Sequence record: OP045498.1
Source of the DNA: Klebsiella phage 150049
DNA: 64,000 nt
Reading direction: 5' to 3' (one strand)
Made by a program: the position numbers and the translations under genes. Shown here piece after piece: positions 20,301 to 28,677 of the stretch. Each line of letters begins with the position of its first letter. The stretch's first letter is position 1. A model generated the notes under the pieces. The model was not told where the DNA came from. It searched no databases and saw only the letters and a list, made by a program, of their open reading frames with translations.

Positions 20301-21085
20301 AATCCATATGCAGAAGCAGAGGATGCCTGTCTCATTGCTTCTTCGAAGGAGATTGCATAACCAGCAGCCTCTTGTAGAGATCTAGCTAGAGTTTGTACAG
20401 GAGTACCTGTTTGAGTACCAACAATAGTACCAAACTTCTCAAGACGGTTTAACTGGTCACCCATCTTAAGTTGTTCGAATGCAGATTGTAGAACGAACAC
20501 GTTAGACGCGATAGCAGCATACATAAGAGGTAAACTACCACCCACTTTAGCCATTGCTGCGAAGTCACGAGTAGCACCACGTGCTGAACCAGAAGTATTA
20601 CCAATTGCACGACTAGCACGTCCTGCGGAGGTAGTTGTATCGTTAAAGCCTCTAGCAGTATTGCCTAGTGCTCGGTTAGTATCATATAATCTATCTTGAA
20701 CTTTTTCGGTTGCAGCAGCTACATCGTTACCCATAGCCTTAACAGATTTACCCACATGTGTAAATCCAGACTCTAGCTTCTCAGATACTTCGATCATAGC
20801 AAGGGCAAGATCATCTAGCTTATCACCAATACCTTCAATGGATTTAGTGATACCAGCCATACCTCTACTAGCCTGCATTTTAGTTAGACTTTTAGCTGCT
20901 CTATCCGCCGCCCTCTCAATGGAGTAAAGAGTTTTGGGCATTTTTCCTAACTGCTCATTAGTCAGTTCGGAAGCGGCAGCAGCATTTTCTAACGCATCGG
21001 AAACGTTCTCAATAGATTTTGCAGTACGGGTTGCCCCCTTCTGCTTTACATCTATAAGTAGTTCTCGTATTAGCTTATCAGTCAT
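17378..21085 (-). CDS. Tape measure protein (T5 pb2-like), 1235 aa
   Basis: Very long Ala/Gln/Glu-rich coiled-coil protein with hydrophobic segments near the C-terminus (AVAVMQAATAVPYPFSIPLMVAAGLAGAMALAQ). Sits in the canonical position after the chaperone ORFs. Confidence 0.85.
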   Translation of the reverse strand: MTDKLIRELLIDVKQKGATRTAKSIENVSDALENAAAASELTNEQLGKMPKTLYSIERAADRAAKSLTKMQASRGMAGITKSIEGIGDKLDDLALAMIEVSEKLESGFTHVGKSVKAMGNDVAAATEKVQDRLYDTNRALGNTARGFNDTTTSAGRASRAIGNTSGSARGATRDFAAMAKVGGSLPLMYAAIASNVFVLQSAFEQLKMGDQLNRLEKFGTIVGTQTGTPVQTLARSLQEAAGYAISFEEAMRQASSASAYGFDAEQLNKFGLVARRAAAVLGVDMTDALNRVIKGVSKQEIELLDELGVTIRLNDAYADYVKQLNAANTGITYNVNSLSTFQKQQAYANAVIAESTKRFGYLDDVLRATPWEQFAANADAALRKVQQAAAKYLGPVIDSINAVFYTSQASISASAARAQEETNRQIDPANVGAVALSLSASEEGYNKALDMYKESLEKRNKLKADLDKRMQQADASTAGAIRLVAQGAPVGLAAGGFEVGGVRIGSSEENQKFIADTAALALQVERLDKEVEDSTGNLNAWKSAYQAAGAAAAKSNTAFQKQINLQKDANDPDAVYDFNSATLKGLTEQQKAYDQAKKIASDLANDIQNIAQNTNTAAKTSASLSDTIKTIESLSAGTGKNADEYVKSLNLGYNTLSEMKTASQALAGYVKLTGNETKNQLEVQQKIAEVYNQTKDKEKAQEAGRRLEIQQLEEQEAALKRVLETNKGNKAIEGEIAKIQLERIKITNQGMEAQKKVKDYTDKILGVDREIALLNNRTMTDTQYRLAQLNLELTVEKEKYEWYSKQVDKHKEAEQSRRAQAQIEREIWKFRQDQQREMAAGREEEQQRKFTANPLMGAAERIKEQIQLFEDLKQKTLGNAAAQLEYNKKLAETRAQLAALRVQRDAEMQSSVGAAVGATYTPTTGLTGEDKNFADMQNRMASYDQAISKLSELNSEATAVAQSMGNLTNAMIQFSQGSLDTTSLVAAGMQTVSSMIQYSVGQQVSAIDAAIAAEQKRDGKSEQSKAKIKKLEAEKLKIQQDAAKKQIIIQTAVAVMQAATAVPYPFSIPLMVAAGLAGAMALAQASSASGMSSIGDSGAETAGYLTLGERQKNVDVSMSANAGELSYIRGDQGIGNANSFVPRAEGGTMYPGVSYQMGEHGTEVITPMVPMKATPTDELKGSSKGTSGRPIVLNISTMDAASFRDFASSNSAAFRDAVEQALNENGTTLKSLGNS

Positions 21086-21165
21086 TTATTTTTCCCAATA
21101 AAAAAGGCTCTGGGCAAATCACCCAGAGCCAAGCCTCATCGTGGAACGCCCATTGGAGGAAACTT

Positions 21166-21534
21166 TTACTGAGCTCGAGATCTAGCATGCGGTTTAATGT
21201 TCGGAGTACGACCATTAGGTTTACTATGCTTCTCGGCTCTCTTACGAGCTGCATCTACAGCTTTCGAATCAAATATATTGATGATGTGTAGAACAAACTC
21301 TTTCTCTATAGGATCAGTAATCCCATAGATATCAAATAAAACACCTAGTGCACTTTTGTCTTTTCCTATAAAGATAGGAAAGTCACCTGGTATGAAACAG
21401 TCAATAAGACTGTTATAAATATTCATACTAGTAGATACAATAGGTGGAAAATCTTCGAGTTCAACAGGCATTGCCTTAGGATCAGGTTCAATACCTAGTG
21501 ACTCACAAAGCATTAAATATTGTTGTTTTGTCAT
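21166..21534 (-). CDS. Tail assembly chaperone, distal ORF (possible frameshift extension partner), 122 aa
   Basis: Second of two small ORFs directly upstream of the tape measure gene. No recognisable SD before its ATG. Its reading frame is open 29 codons further upstream, overlapping the last 8 codons of the preceding ORF. Confidence 0.5.
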   Translation of the reverse strand: MTKQQYLMLCESLGIEPDPKAMPVELEDFPPIVSTSMNIYNSLIDCFIPGDFPIFIGKDKSALGVLFDIYGITDPIEKEFVLHIINIFDSKAVDAARKRAEKHSKPNGRTPNIKPHARSRAQ

Positions 21535-21595
21535 TTTAGATGCTGAGGATTTAATGCATTTATCTGCAAAATCGGCAACAGCATCTAGTAACTGC

Positions 21596-22000
21596 TTACG
21601 CTTTTGAGCTACGAAAAGTGTCTAAGTGGAACACTGTCTGGTTGATCCAAGAATCAAACGCAGCAGAGTTCTGCATAAGCATGATAGCATTATCGCGGCT
21701 AAATGGAACTTCAGCAGTAGGATCAGCTTCAGTTTCGATAAGCATCAGCTTCTCAACATCTCCAATCGTCAAGCCAGTCCAGCCAGCAATTGCAGTATCA
21801 ACGAAAGCTTCAATAAACTTATCATCATCCTGAACCTGAATCATAGTACCGTTAACCCACTCATCACGCTTAGCGGAAGAGATAACACGCTTAGATGCAG
21901 CACGAGACATGTAGTTCAGTTGCAGCTTGAAGTTAGGCATACCTGGGTAAGCCAGCTCAATAGTACGAGTTTCAAGGGTAATATCTTTTAAATTGATCAT
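21596..22000 (-). CDS. Tail assembly chaperone, 134 aa
   Basis: Small ORF with strong SD (GGAGAAATAAAGAATG) in the canonical position between the tail tube/p140 genes and the tape measure gene. Confidence 0.55.
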   Translation of the reverse strand: MINLKDITLETRTIELAYPGMPNFKLQLNYMSRAASKRVISSAKRDEWVNGTMIQVQDDDKFIEAFVDTAIAGWTGLTIGDVEKLMLIETEADPTAEVPFSRDNAIMLMQNSAAFDSWINQTVFHLDTFRSSKA

Positions 22001-22896
22001 TTCTTTATTTCTCCAAAGAAGTCGATTCTTACCGGATCAGAGTCTGCAGTAGGGATTACATCCCATTCAACTCTGTATATATCCGAGAATTGTAGGCGTT
22101 TTGTTATACGTGCTGAAGGAAAATCAATCGAAATATGTTCATTTCTGATGGTTAATGGTATGTCAGTTTCGGGTTCAATATTATAAAATATATCACCAGC
22201 AAATCGCTTGGTGTAGTAAAATGCAATTGTTGCCGAAGCATTCATTTCATTAACATAAGCTCTCTTATTATTATATATTTTGTTTATGTCAAATACGCTT
22301 TTATCTTCTCTCCAAGAACATTGTTGCTGGAATGACATAGAAGCGGATAAAAGAGCTGGTAAAACATTACTGTTGGTAGATACTCTAGGAGGACTATATG
22401 ACATAACTTCACCCTGAACAATAGAACCAGCAGGAGTAAAAGTAGACACCTCAGAGAACTTACCAGATTCAATTCCTACGTTTAGGATAGGAACGCTTTT
22501 ATCTAGAGAAAAGTCTACAGTAGATACATAGCAATTCTCAAAGTATACACAGTTATTATCTTTATTAACTATGTATATATTAAACATTGTTGGCTCAATA
22601 TTTGTACTATAAAGTGGTAGTAAGAATGTGTTACCCTCTCGGTCAAAGCCCATCCATTCAAAGAAGTTAGCTTCAGTAAGGGTATTACTAAAATTTATAG
22701 CCAGTGATATTGAAGATGGAGTTTGTGCATTAATAATAGAGTCAGCATAGTTGGTTCTACGATGGATAGTCCTACGAAGAGTTTTAAATTCCTCATAGGA
22801 CGTATTGATATCGTAATTTGACAGGGCATCAAAATGATAAGCCCTGCCATCGTACTCAACTATAACTTTTGACTCCCCCATTAGAGAGTAGTACAT
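21997..22896 (-). CDS. Tail protein (T5 p140-like), 299 aa
   Basis: Size close to T5 p140 (298 aa). Located between pb6 and the chaperone ORFs. Confidence 0.6.
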   Translation of the reverse strand: MYYSLMGESKVIVEYDGRAYHFDALSNYDINTSYEEFKTLRRTIHRRTNYADSIINAQTPSSISLAINFSNTLTEANFFEWMGFDREGNTFLLPLYSTNIEPTMFNIYIVNKDNNCVYFENCYVSTVDFSLDKSVPILNVGIESGKFSEVSTFTPAGSIVQGEVMSYSPPRVSTNSNVLPALLSASMSFQQQCSWREDKSVFDINKIYNNKRAYVNEMNASATIAFYYTKRFAGDIFYNIEPETDIPLTIRNEHISIDFPSARITKRLQFSDIYRVEWDVIPTADSDPVRIDFFGEIKK

Positions 22897-22900
22897 TTAA

Positions 22901-24310
22901 TTAGCCACCAGAAGCAGTAACTGTAATGCTCTTAGTACCTTCTACACCAGAACCATCTTTAGCTACAGCTTTCACAGTAACTGCACCAGTCTTAGAAGCA
23001 TCAGCGGTTAGTAACCCAGAAGTTGCATCAATAGTGGCAGCAGTACCAGAGGAAATAGACCAAGTTACTTCCTTATTAGTAGCTTCAGCAGGCAAAACAT
23101 CTACAGTCATCTGAAGAGTTGCACTATTATCAACGGAAGCTGCATCACCCGCGGATTTAACAGTAATACCTGTTACCTTAACCGGAGCTGCTTTACCACC
23201 GTCACCAGTTGCAATCAGATTTGCAATAGTAGTTTTGGTGTACTTATTAGAGAAACCAAGATAACCTTCATCACCAGTATCCAGATCAGTAGGAATTGCT
23301 TTGAACTCTACAGAAGTACCAAGTACATCGTCAGTCTCAATAGTTGGGATGTTAACGTGAGCTTGCTTAGCAACTAGAACAGCGGCTGGGCGCTCATCAT
23401 CATATTCACCACCAAGTACTAGAGCGATTTCGAAACGGTTAACTACCTTCAGGGTCTTGATTAGATCTTTGTACAGATCCATAGAACCTAGAGCTTTATC
23501 GTTAAGATAAGCAGTTAGAGAACCAGTTAATTCGAATGCACCAGTAAATGAACCGATTGGGATGTTAACACGGGACATGACGTTCGGAGTCAGATAGGTG
23601 ATGTTGTTGTTGATTGTAAAGCTACCACCAGTGATCGGAATGTCATATGCCTTACCAGTATCCATATCCTTGATCTTGAGAATAGTCAGTTTGTTCTTGA
23701 TGTAAGAACCCTGGATAGTCATGTAAGTTTCATCATCAATACCTACAGTATCAGGATCAAATGGAGCAGCATCCAGAGGGATTAGCTGGTTACCATTACC
23801 TGACCAAGTTACACGACCGATATCTTCGATATCAACGTTTACTTCAGCCTGGTTGATCTGACAGGAATCGATATAACTCCATGCTTTATCAGTAAGGATG
23901 TAAATGTGCAGCATTGCCAGTTCGTGGTATGCGTTATCCTTAAAGTTAACCATGAAGTTAGTTTCGTTAGTGTGAGCACCTGTATCGCCATCTAGGTTGA
24001 TAGGCTTACCACTAGAAAGAGCATGCCACAGCATGTAGTCCGGAACGATCTGCTTACTAGTAGTCTTATCTAAGTAAGGCAGGATGTAAGTAGAGAAACT
24101 CCACTCAGCTGCGTTCAGGGAGTCGTTGAAACGTTTTGAACCACGAGTTGGACGCGGACCAGCTTCGTTAACAGTAATATCGGTTGAGTTACTGTCCTGA
24201 CCCCAAGAAATATCATCTTGAACTAGAATCTCTTGCGTGTTGGTCTTATCGTGACCAGTCTTAACCGTAGACACGAAGATTCGAGTATTACGTAATAGTT
24301 GTAAAGACAT
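22901..24310 (-). CDS. Major tail tube protein (T5 pb6-like), 469 aa, with C-terminal Ig-like (BIG2-type) domain
   Basis: Size close to T5 pb6 (464 aa). C-terminal approx. 90 aa (...VTVKAVAKDGSGVEGTKSITVTASGG) is a typical Ig-like decoration domain. Confidence 0.8.
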   Translation of the reverse strand: MSLQLLRNTRIFVSTVKTGHDKTNTQEILVQDDISWGQDSNSTDITVNEAGPRPTRGSKRFNDSLNAAEWSFSTYILPYLDKTTSKQIVPDYMLWHALSSGKPINLDGDTGAHTNETNFMVNFKDNAYHELAMLHIYILTDKAWSYIDSCQINQAEVNVDIEDIGRVTWSGNGNQLIPLDAAPFDPDTVGIDDETYMTIQGSYIKNKLTILKIKDMDTGKAYDIPITGGSFTINNNITYLTPNVMSRVNIPIGSFTGAFELTGSLTAYLNDKALGSMDLYKDLIKTLKVVNRFEIALVLGGEYDDERPAAVLVAKQAHVNIPTIETDDVLGTSVEFKAIPTDLDTGDEGYLGFSNKYTKTTIANLIATGDGGKAAPVKVTGITVKSAGDAASVDNSATLQMTVDVLPAEATNKEVTWSISSGTAATIDATSGLLTADASKTGAVTVKAVAKDGSGVEGTKSITVTASGG

Positions 24311-24336
24311 TTATTTATATTCTCCTAATCTGTAAC

Positions 24337-24822
24337 TTATCTGCGAAGTGCCCTACGAGGTGGCTGATACCTCACTGTTACATTTATTTCCGCTAAACCA
24401 TATGGGGCCAGTAGACCCTCATCTGTAGCTACTGAGGTGATGCTCATATCAGTTGCCTCACATGGGAAGGTCGATCCATTAGGTTTACTAACAGTATATT
24501 CTAAATTTCCACCTGTGTCAATGACGGTTTTTATGTCAGCTACGAGTTTTTCAAGTTGCTCTTGAATATCTGTTTTCTCTTTGTCATACACGAGGATTGG
24601 AAGTTCTAAAAACATCCACTGTTGGCCTGAGGGAAGATACTGCCCAGTTTCAGTTCCGATATGGACTGCCACATAAGGAAATTCTCGGATTTCCTCGAAT
24701 TTATAAGTTTGACGAGAAACGTTTCCATAAAGGTTATTGAAATACTCGTCAGGTTGTGAACCATCCATTTGTGTGGCGATTCGGTCAACCACTGCTTGTG
24801 CAATACTTGTTCTGTGATCCAT
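24337..24822 (-). CDS. Tail terminator protein (T5 p142-like), 161 aa
   Basis: Size and position upstream of the tail tube gene. Confidence 0.55.
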   Translation of the reverse strand: MDHRTSIAQAVVDRIATQMDGSQPDEYFNNLYGNVSRQTYKFEEIREFPYVAVHIGTETGQYLPSGQQWMFLELPILVYDKEKTDIQEQLEKLVADIKTVIDTGGNLEYTVSKPNGSTFPCEATDMSITSVATDEGLLAPYGLAEINVTVRYQPPRRALRR

Positions 24823-24825
24823 TTA

Positions 24826-25593
24826 CTAGGTTCCTTGATTAACCTTGATTTTATATCTAGAGTGAATCAGGTCTCTTGCAGCTTTTGCGATTGCTTCCCC
24901 AATAAGTTTTTGAGGGTTTCGAGCGCCAGGGTAAGGTCGTAGAGAAAGTCTTCGATATGTAGAAACTGCGGGGTTGAACACAGAGTAAGGACGAACCATA
25001 TAGTTATACGTCACATTCAGCTCTGGAGCACCTTTACTAGTTTCTGCATCACGTAGCATAACGTCTTTAATCTTTAAGGAGTTAGCAAAGCGACCAGTTC
25101 TGAACTTCAATGGTGCCCCTGCTTTTTTCATATCCTTGATTAAGTATTCCTTAGCTACTATCTCAAGAATAGCACGCATGTTACTATTCGATACGAAACG
25201 ACCGGAAGCACCTGTTACTGCACCAGAATAGCCATCTTCAGTATCTCTAGGATCTCCAAAGTTTACCTGAACTCTACCGGTAGAACGTTTTTTACCAACG
25301 GCGGAACGTTTACCTGCGGTTGCTTGAATTAGATTCTCTAGAGCACCTAAATCACCAGAAAGATCTAAGTTAGAAGAAACAGCCTTCAGTATAGATGCTG
25401 TCCTAACATTTAATAAGTCTTGTGATACTGGTTTCGAGAATTTGAAAGATACCTGTGCAACTGTACCATCTCTTGTAGGATCTTTCAAACCTGTCTCAAC
25501 TGTATACACAACAGTATTCTTATTATTCTCAGATCGTCCTGCAGTATCTAGCTGCTCTTTAATAATTTGTCTAGCTAGATCAGAAAGAGCCAT
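24826..25593 (-). CDS. Tail completion protein (T5 p143-like), 255 aa
   Basis: Position and size only. Confidence 0.5.
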   Translation of the reverse strand: MALSDLARQIIKEQLDTAGRSENNKNTVVYTVETGLKDPTRDGTVAQVSFKFSKPVSQDLLNVRTASILKAVSSNLDLSGDLGALENLIQATAGKRSAVGKKRSTGRVQVNFGDPRDTEDGYSGAVTGASGRFVSNSNMRAILEIVAKEYLIKDMKKAGAPLKFRTGRFANSLKIKDVMLRDAETSKGAPELNVTYNYMVRPYSVFNPAVSTYRRLSLRPYPGARNPQKLIGEAIAKAARDLIHSRYKIKVNQGT

Positions 25594-26105
25594 TATACTC
25601 TCCTGTAGACTTCGATGATTGTACGAATATGCTCTGGAATACCAGACTTAGTATTGTTAAACGTAACTGTCTCACCACCAATAGTCTTGGCTTGACGATA
25701 ATCTTGCTTATGCCAGTGATCTACTAACAGACATGCTGCCAGTTTAAGATCTTCAGGCATTGGATTGAAACCACCTTGAGTATACTCTACATCCATATAT
25801 CCTTCAGGAGGATTAAACTTAAGGAGAATAACACCATCAGGATACAGTTTAAACTGTTCCGGGTCTATTTCATTCTCGTTAATAGTCATCTTTGTAATAG
25901 ATGTGGCTGAGGGAGAACTCAGGAAATATTTCCTACGGCTAGGTTTTGTAGTGATTAATTGATCTACCGCATCTGCATCATCCATACCTAGAAGGCTTGT
26001 AATCAGCGTATTGGCAGCTTTAATCATCATCTCAACCTGAGTTTCCATATCAGGTCGCTTTGCATTAGCATATAGTCTGTAGTCTTCAACAGTGATGATT
26101 TGCAT
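25593..26105 (-). CDS. Head completion / head-tail connector protein (T5 p144-like), 170 aa
   Basis: Position downstream of the major capsid gene. Preceded by a terminator hairpin plus the conserved TTTTTTATTGGGAAAAATAAATG leader. Confidence 0.5.
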   Translation of the reverse strand: MQIITVEDYRLYANAKRPDMETQVEMMIKAANTLITSLLGMDDADAVDQLITTKPSRRKYFLSSPSATSITKMTINENEIDPEQFKLYPDGVILLKFNPPEGYMDVEYTQGGFNPMPEDLKLAACLLVDHWHKQDYRQAKTIGGETVTFNNTKSGIPEHIRTIIEVYRRV

Positions 26106-26164
26106 TTATTTTTCCCAATAAAAAAGGAGAGCCGAAGCTCTCCTTATCGGCTGAAAAGCCTGTA

Positions 26165-27541
26165 TTAAGATGCAGCGTAAGCACCAGATACAACGCCGTT
26201 TTCGAAGTAACGTTGCAGGTTAACACGCTGGGTAACGTAGTATGCGTCACGCTGTTTGCCAGCTTGGCGCTCACGTTCAACAGTAACGGCACGCTGACGC
26301 GGCATTACGAAGTTATCTTTATAAACAATAACTGCGAATTCAGCGGAAGCAGCTTTAGCTGGGAAGTACTCAGAAACTACAACCGGCAGACCGTAAATAC
26401 GACCAACCTGACCCTGCAGTTTAACAGCATCGTTACCAACCTGGGCAACATCCTGCCATTCTTCATCTTCCAGCAGATCGTAGTAAGCATCCATAGATAC
26501 GATCAGTACCAGTTTGCTCAGTTTCAGACCGTGACGGCCCAGTTTACGACGCAGCTTGGAGATAGTCTTAGCAGTTACCAGAACAGAACCGTCAGCTTTA
26601 GCTTCGGTAACAACCTTAGCACCATCATCAGCAGCCAGTTTCAGCAGACCCTTAGGCTGACCAGTACCATTACCGGACATGAAAGCTTCTTCGATAGAAA
26701 CAGCGTGTGCTTCGATCAGACGCTTACGCAGCAGAGGCAGTAGGGAGAAGATTGCATCTTCTTCAGTTTCATCAGTGATGAAGGACTTAGCAGCCAGCTT
26801 GTAAGTTTTGAAGCTGATTTCAGTCAGTTGACCTTTAACTTCGTCACCAACAGTTTCGTCAGTACCGAATTTGGAAGCATCTACCCAAGTAGCACGACCA
26901 GCTTCTGGTTCAACGAGCATAGTAAGGATTTTGCTGGACATTGGCAGTTCATCGAACAGTGCACCAACTACCAGTTCCTTCTGCAGGTCACGGATAATAC
27001 GGGTAGAGAAGATAGTTTCGTATGCTTCGCTAGACATGGAAACGGAAGAAGAACCGTTAACAGCTTTAACGTGAGCCTTACCATGTTCAGTTTCGAATAC
27101 GTCTTTCTCCATCATATAAGACAGAAGAACCAGTTTCTCAACTTCATCTTCGAAAGCATCCTGAGTGCCATAAAGAGCTTTAGCTACGCTATCACCAACG
27201 AAGGAACGACCTTCACGAGCTGCCAACAGAGACTTGATTTCGTCCTGAAGACCAACGATGGTTTCCTGTTGCTTTTCTACAGTCTGTGCAAACAGTTCTG
27301 CGCTCTTCTTAGACTTCTCATCCAGGTTCTTAACCAGATCCAGAGCTTCTTCCAGACGCTTACGGTCTTCACCAACAGCTTTAGATACTAGGTCGTTCAT
27401 ACGAGCCAGTTCTTTTTCTTCCTGCTCTTCACGCAGACGCTTAGCTTCCGCAGCTTTCTGAGCAGCAGTCAGACCTTCCAGAGATTTAGCCAGATCACCC
27501 AGACCAAGTTCTTCCTTCAGCTTATTAATATCAATAGTCAT
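26165..27541 (-). CDS. Major capsid protein (T5 pb8-like, HK97 fold with N-terminal scaffolding delta domain), 458 aa
   Basis: Exact size match to T5 pb8 (458 aa). N-terminal about 150 aa is a coiled-coil scaffolding-like segment (MTIDINKLKEELGL...). High-expression codon usage. Followed by a strong GNRA-type terminator hairpin. Confidence 0.85.
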   Translation of the reverse strand: MTIDINKLKEELGLGDLAKSLEGLTAAQKAAEAKRLREEQEEKELARMNDLVSKAVGEDRKRLEEALDLVKNLDEKSKKSAELFAQTVEKQQETIVGLQDEIKSLLAAREGRSFVGDSVAKALYGTQDAFEDEVEKLVLLSYMMEKDVFETEHGKAHVKAVNGSSSVSMSSEAYETIFSTRIIRDLQKELVVGALFDELPMSSKILTMLVEPEAGRATWVDASKFGTDETVGDEVKGQLTEISFKTYKLAAKSFITDETEEDAIFSLLPLLRKRLIEAHAVSIEEAFMSGNGTGQPKGLLKLAADDGAKVVTEAKADGSVLVTAKTISKLRRKLGRHGLKLSKLVLIVSMDAYYDLLEDEEWQDVAQVGNDAVKLQGQVGRIYGLPVVVSEYFPAKAASAEFAVIVYKDNFVMPRQRAVTVERERQAGKQRDAYYVTQRVNLQRYFENGVVSGAYAAS

Positions 27542-27558
27542 TTTTAAATAATTCTCCG

Positions 27559-28191
27559 TTATTCTTTAACGTAGCCTAAAGCTATCGCAAGTTTTTCTAG
27601 TTCAGAAAGATTACGTTCTTGAGCTGGGACAGCCTTAGAACTTGTTGCAGTAAAAGATTTGCGCCATTCAGTGTAATCGTGGCCATTCATACTCTTAGCG
27701 AGGTTGAACGTTGAGTCCTGATTACAGGGTACAGAAACTACCGAAACTTCGTATAGTTCTAAATCTTTAATAATAAATATGTCAGTAGCTTCATCCCATT
27801 CTGCGTCTAGGCAGCGGAATCCGATACTGAAGGTTTTCAGTACACCGTTTTTAATTAGTGAGAAGATAGCTGGATCAGAACTTTCATAAATCTCGCATTC
27901 AATTTCGAGACCCATTTCAGTAGGGTTAAGATCAATACACTTGCCGATTGGACGACGATGGTCGTGGCCGAAAAGAATAATCGGGTTTTTCATGTAGTTA
28001 GCAAGTGCATTAGACGTTTTCCATGCCGAAGCAGGAATTACGTCACCAGCGCGATCTTTACTAATTGTATTAGCGAATCCACGGATTTTTACAACACCCT
28101 CTTTGGATTCGCTATCAATAGACTTAATGTAAGCGTCTAAATGAACCGGTGCTGATTTTAACTTGTTATAGTCAATAGCAGCATTTGTCAT
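27559..28191 (-). CDS. Prohead protease (T5 pb11-like), 210 aa
   Basis: Size match (210 aa). Lies immediately upstream of the capsid gene, after the decoration and portal genes. Confidence 0.7.
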   Translation of the reverse strand: MTNAAIDYNKLKSAPVHLDAYIKSIDSESKEGVVKIRGFANTISKDRAGDVIPASAWKTSNALANYMKNPIILFGHDHRRPIGKCIDLNPTEMGLEIECEIYESSDPAIFSLIKNGVLKTFSIGFRCLDAEWDEATDIFIIKDLELYEVSVVSVPCNQDSTFNLAKSMNGHDYTEWRKSFTATSSKAVPAQERNLSELEKLAIALGYVKE

Positions 28192-28194
28192 TTA

Positions 28195-28677
28195 TTAAGC
28201 CTCCGGCGCAGGGTTGATAGTTGTTACACACTCATTAGAAGTAATGGAAGTAGATTTACTATCCGTTACAACAACTTTGTAAGTACCAGCATCTTCTGCA
28301 GCAGCTGTAGCTTTGTTGAAATTAGGGCCAGTAACACCACTAAGTGGAGAACCGTCTTTAGTCCAAGCATAAGTATATGGTGCAGTACCACCAGTAACTG
28401 TTACGCCCAGATTAATTGCTGCACCAGTATCAACAGCTAGAGTTTTAGCCAGATTCTTCGTGAAAGCTAGAGCCGGAACAACCGGAGCAGTAACTTCGTA
28501 TGCTTCTTTGAACTTATTCCAAACCTTGCGGTTGGTATGTGCAGTGGTCATTCCAAACTCTTTACGTAGAGTAGCGTAGTTTGGAACAAACTTGTGTGCT
28601 GCAACCGTAGCAAAGAAGATATGAGATTCTGGCAGCTTTTCACCAAAAATGGCCTTTAGACCATCATAATCAATCAT
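28195..28677 (-). CDS. Capsid decoration protein (T5 pb10-like) with C-terminal Ig-like domain, 160 aa
   Basis: Size about the same as T5 pb10 (164 aa). C-terminal Ig-like sequence (GVTVTGGTAPYTYAWTKDGSPL...GTYKVVVTD). Confidence 0.7.
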   Translation of the reverse strand: MIDYDGLKAIFGEKLPESHIFFATVAAHKFVPNYATLRKEFGMTTAHTNRKVWNKFKEAYEVTAPVVPALAFTKNLAKTLAVDTGAAINLGVTVTGGTAPYTYAWTKDGSPLSGVTGPNFNKATAAAEDAGTYKVVVTDSKSTSITSNECVTTINPAPEA

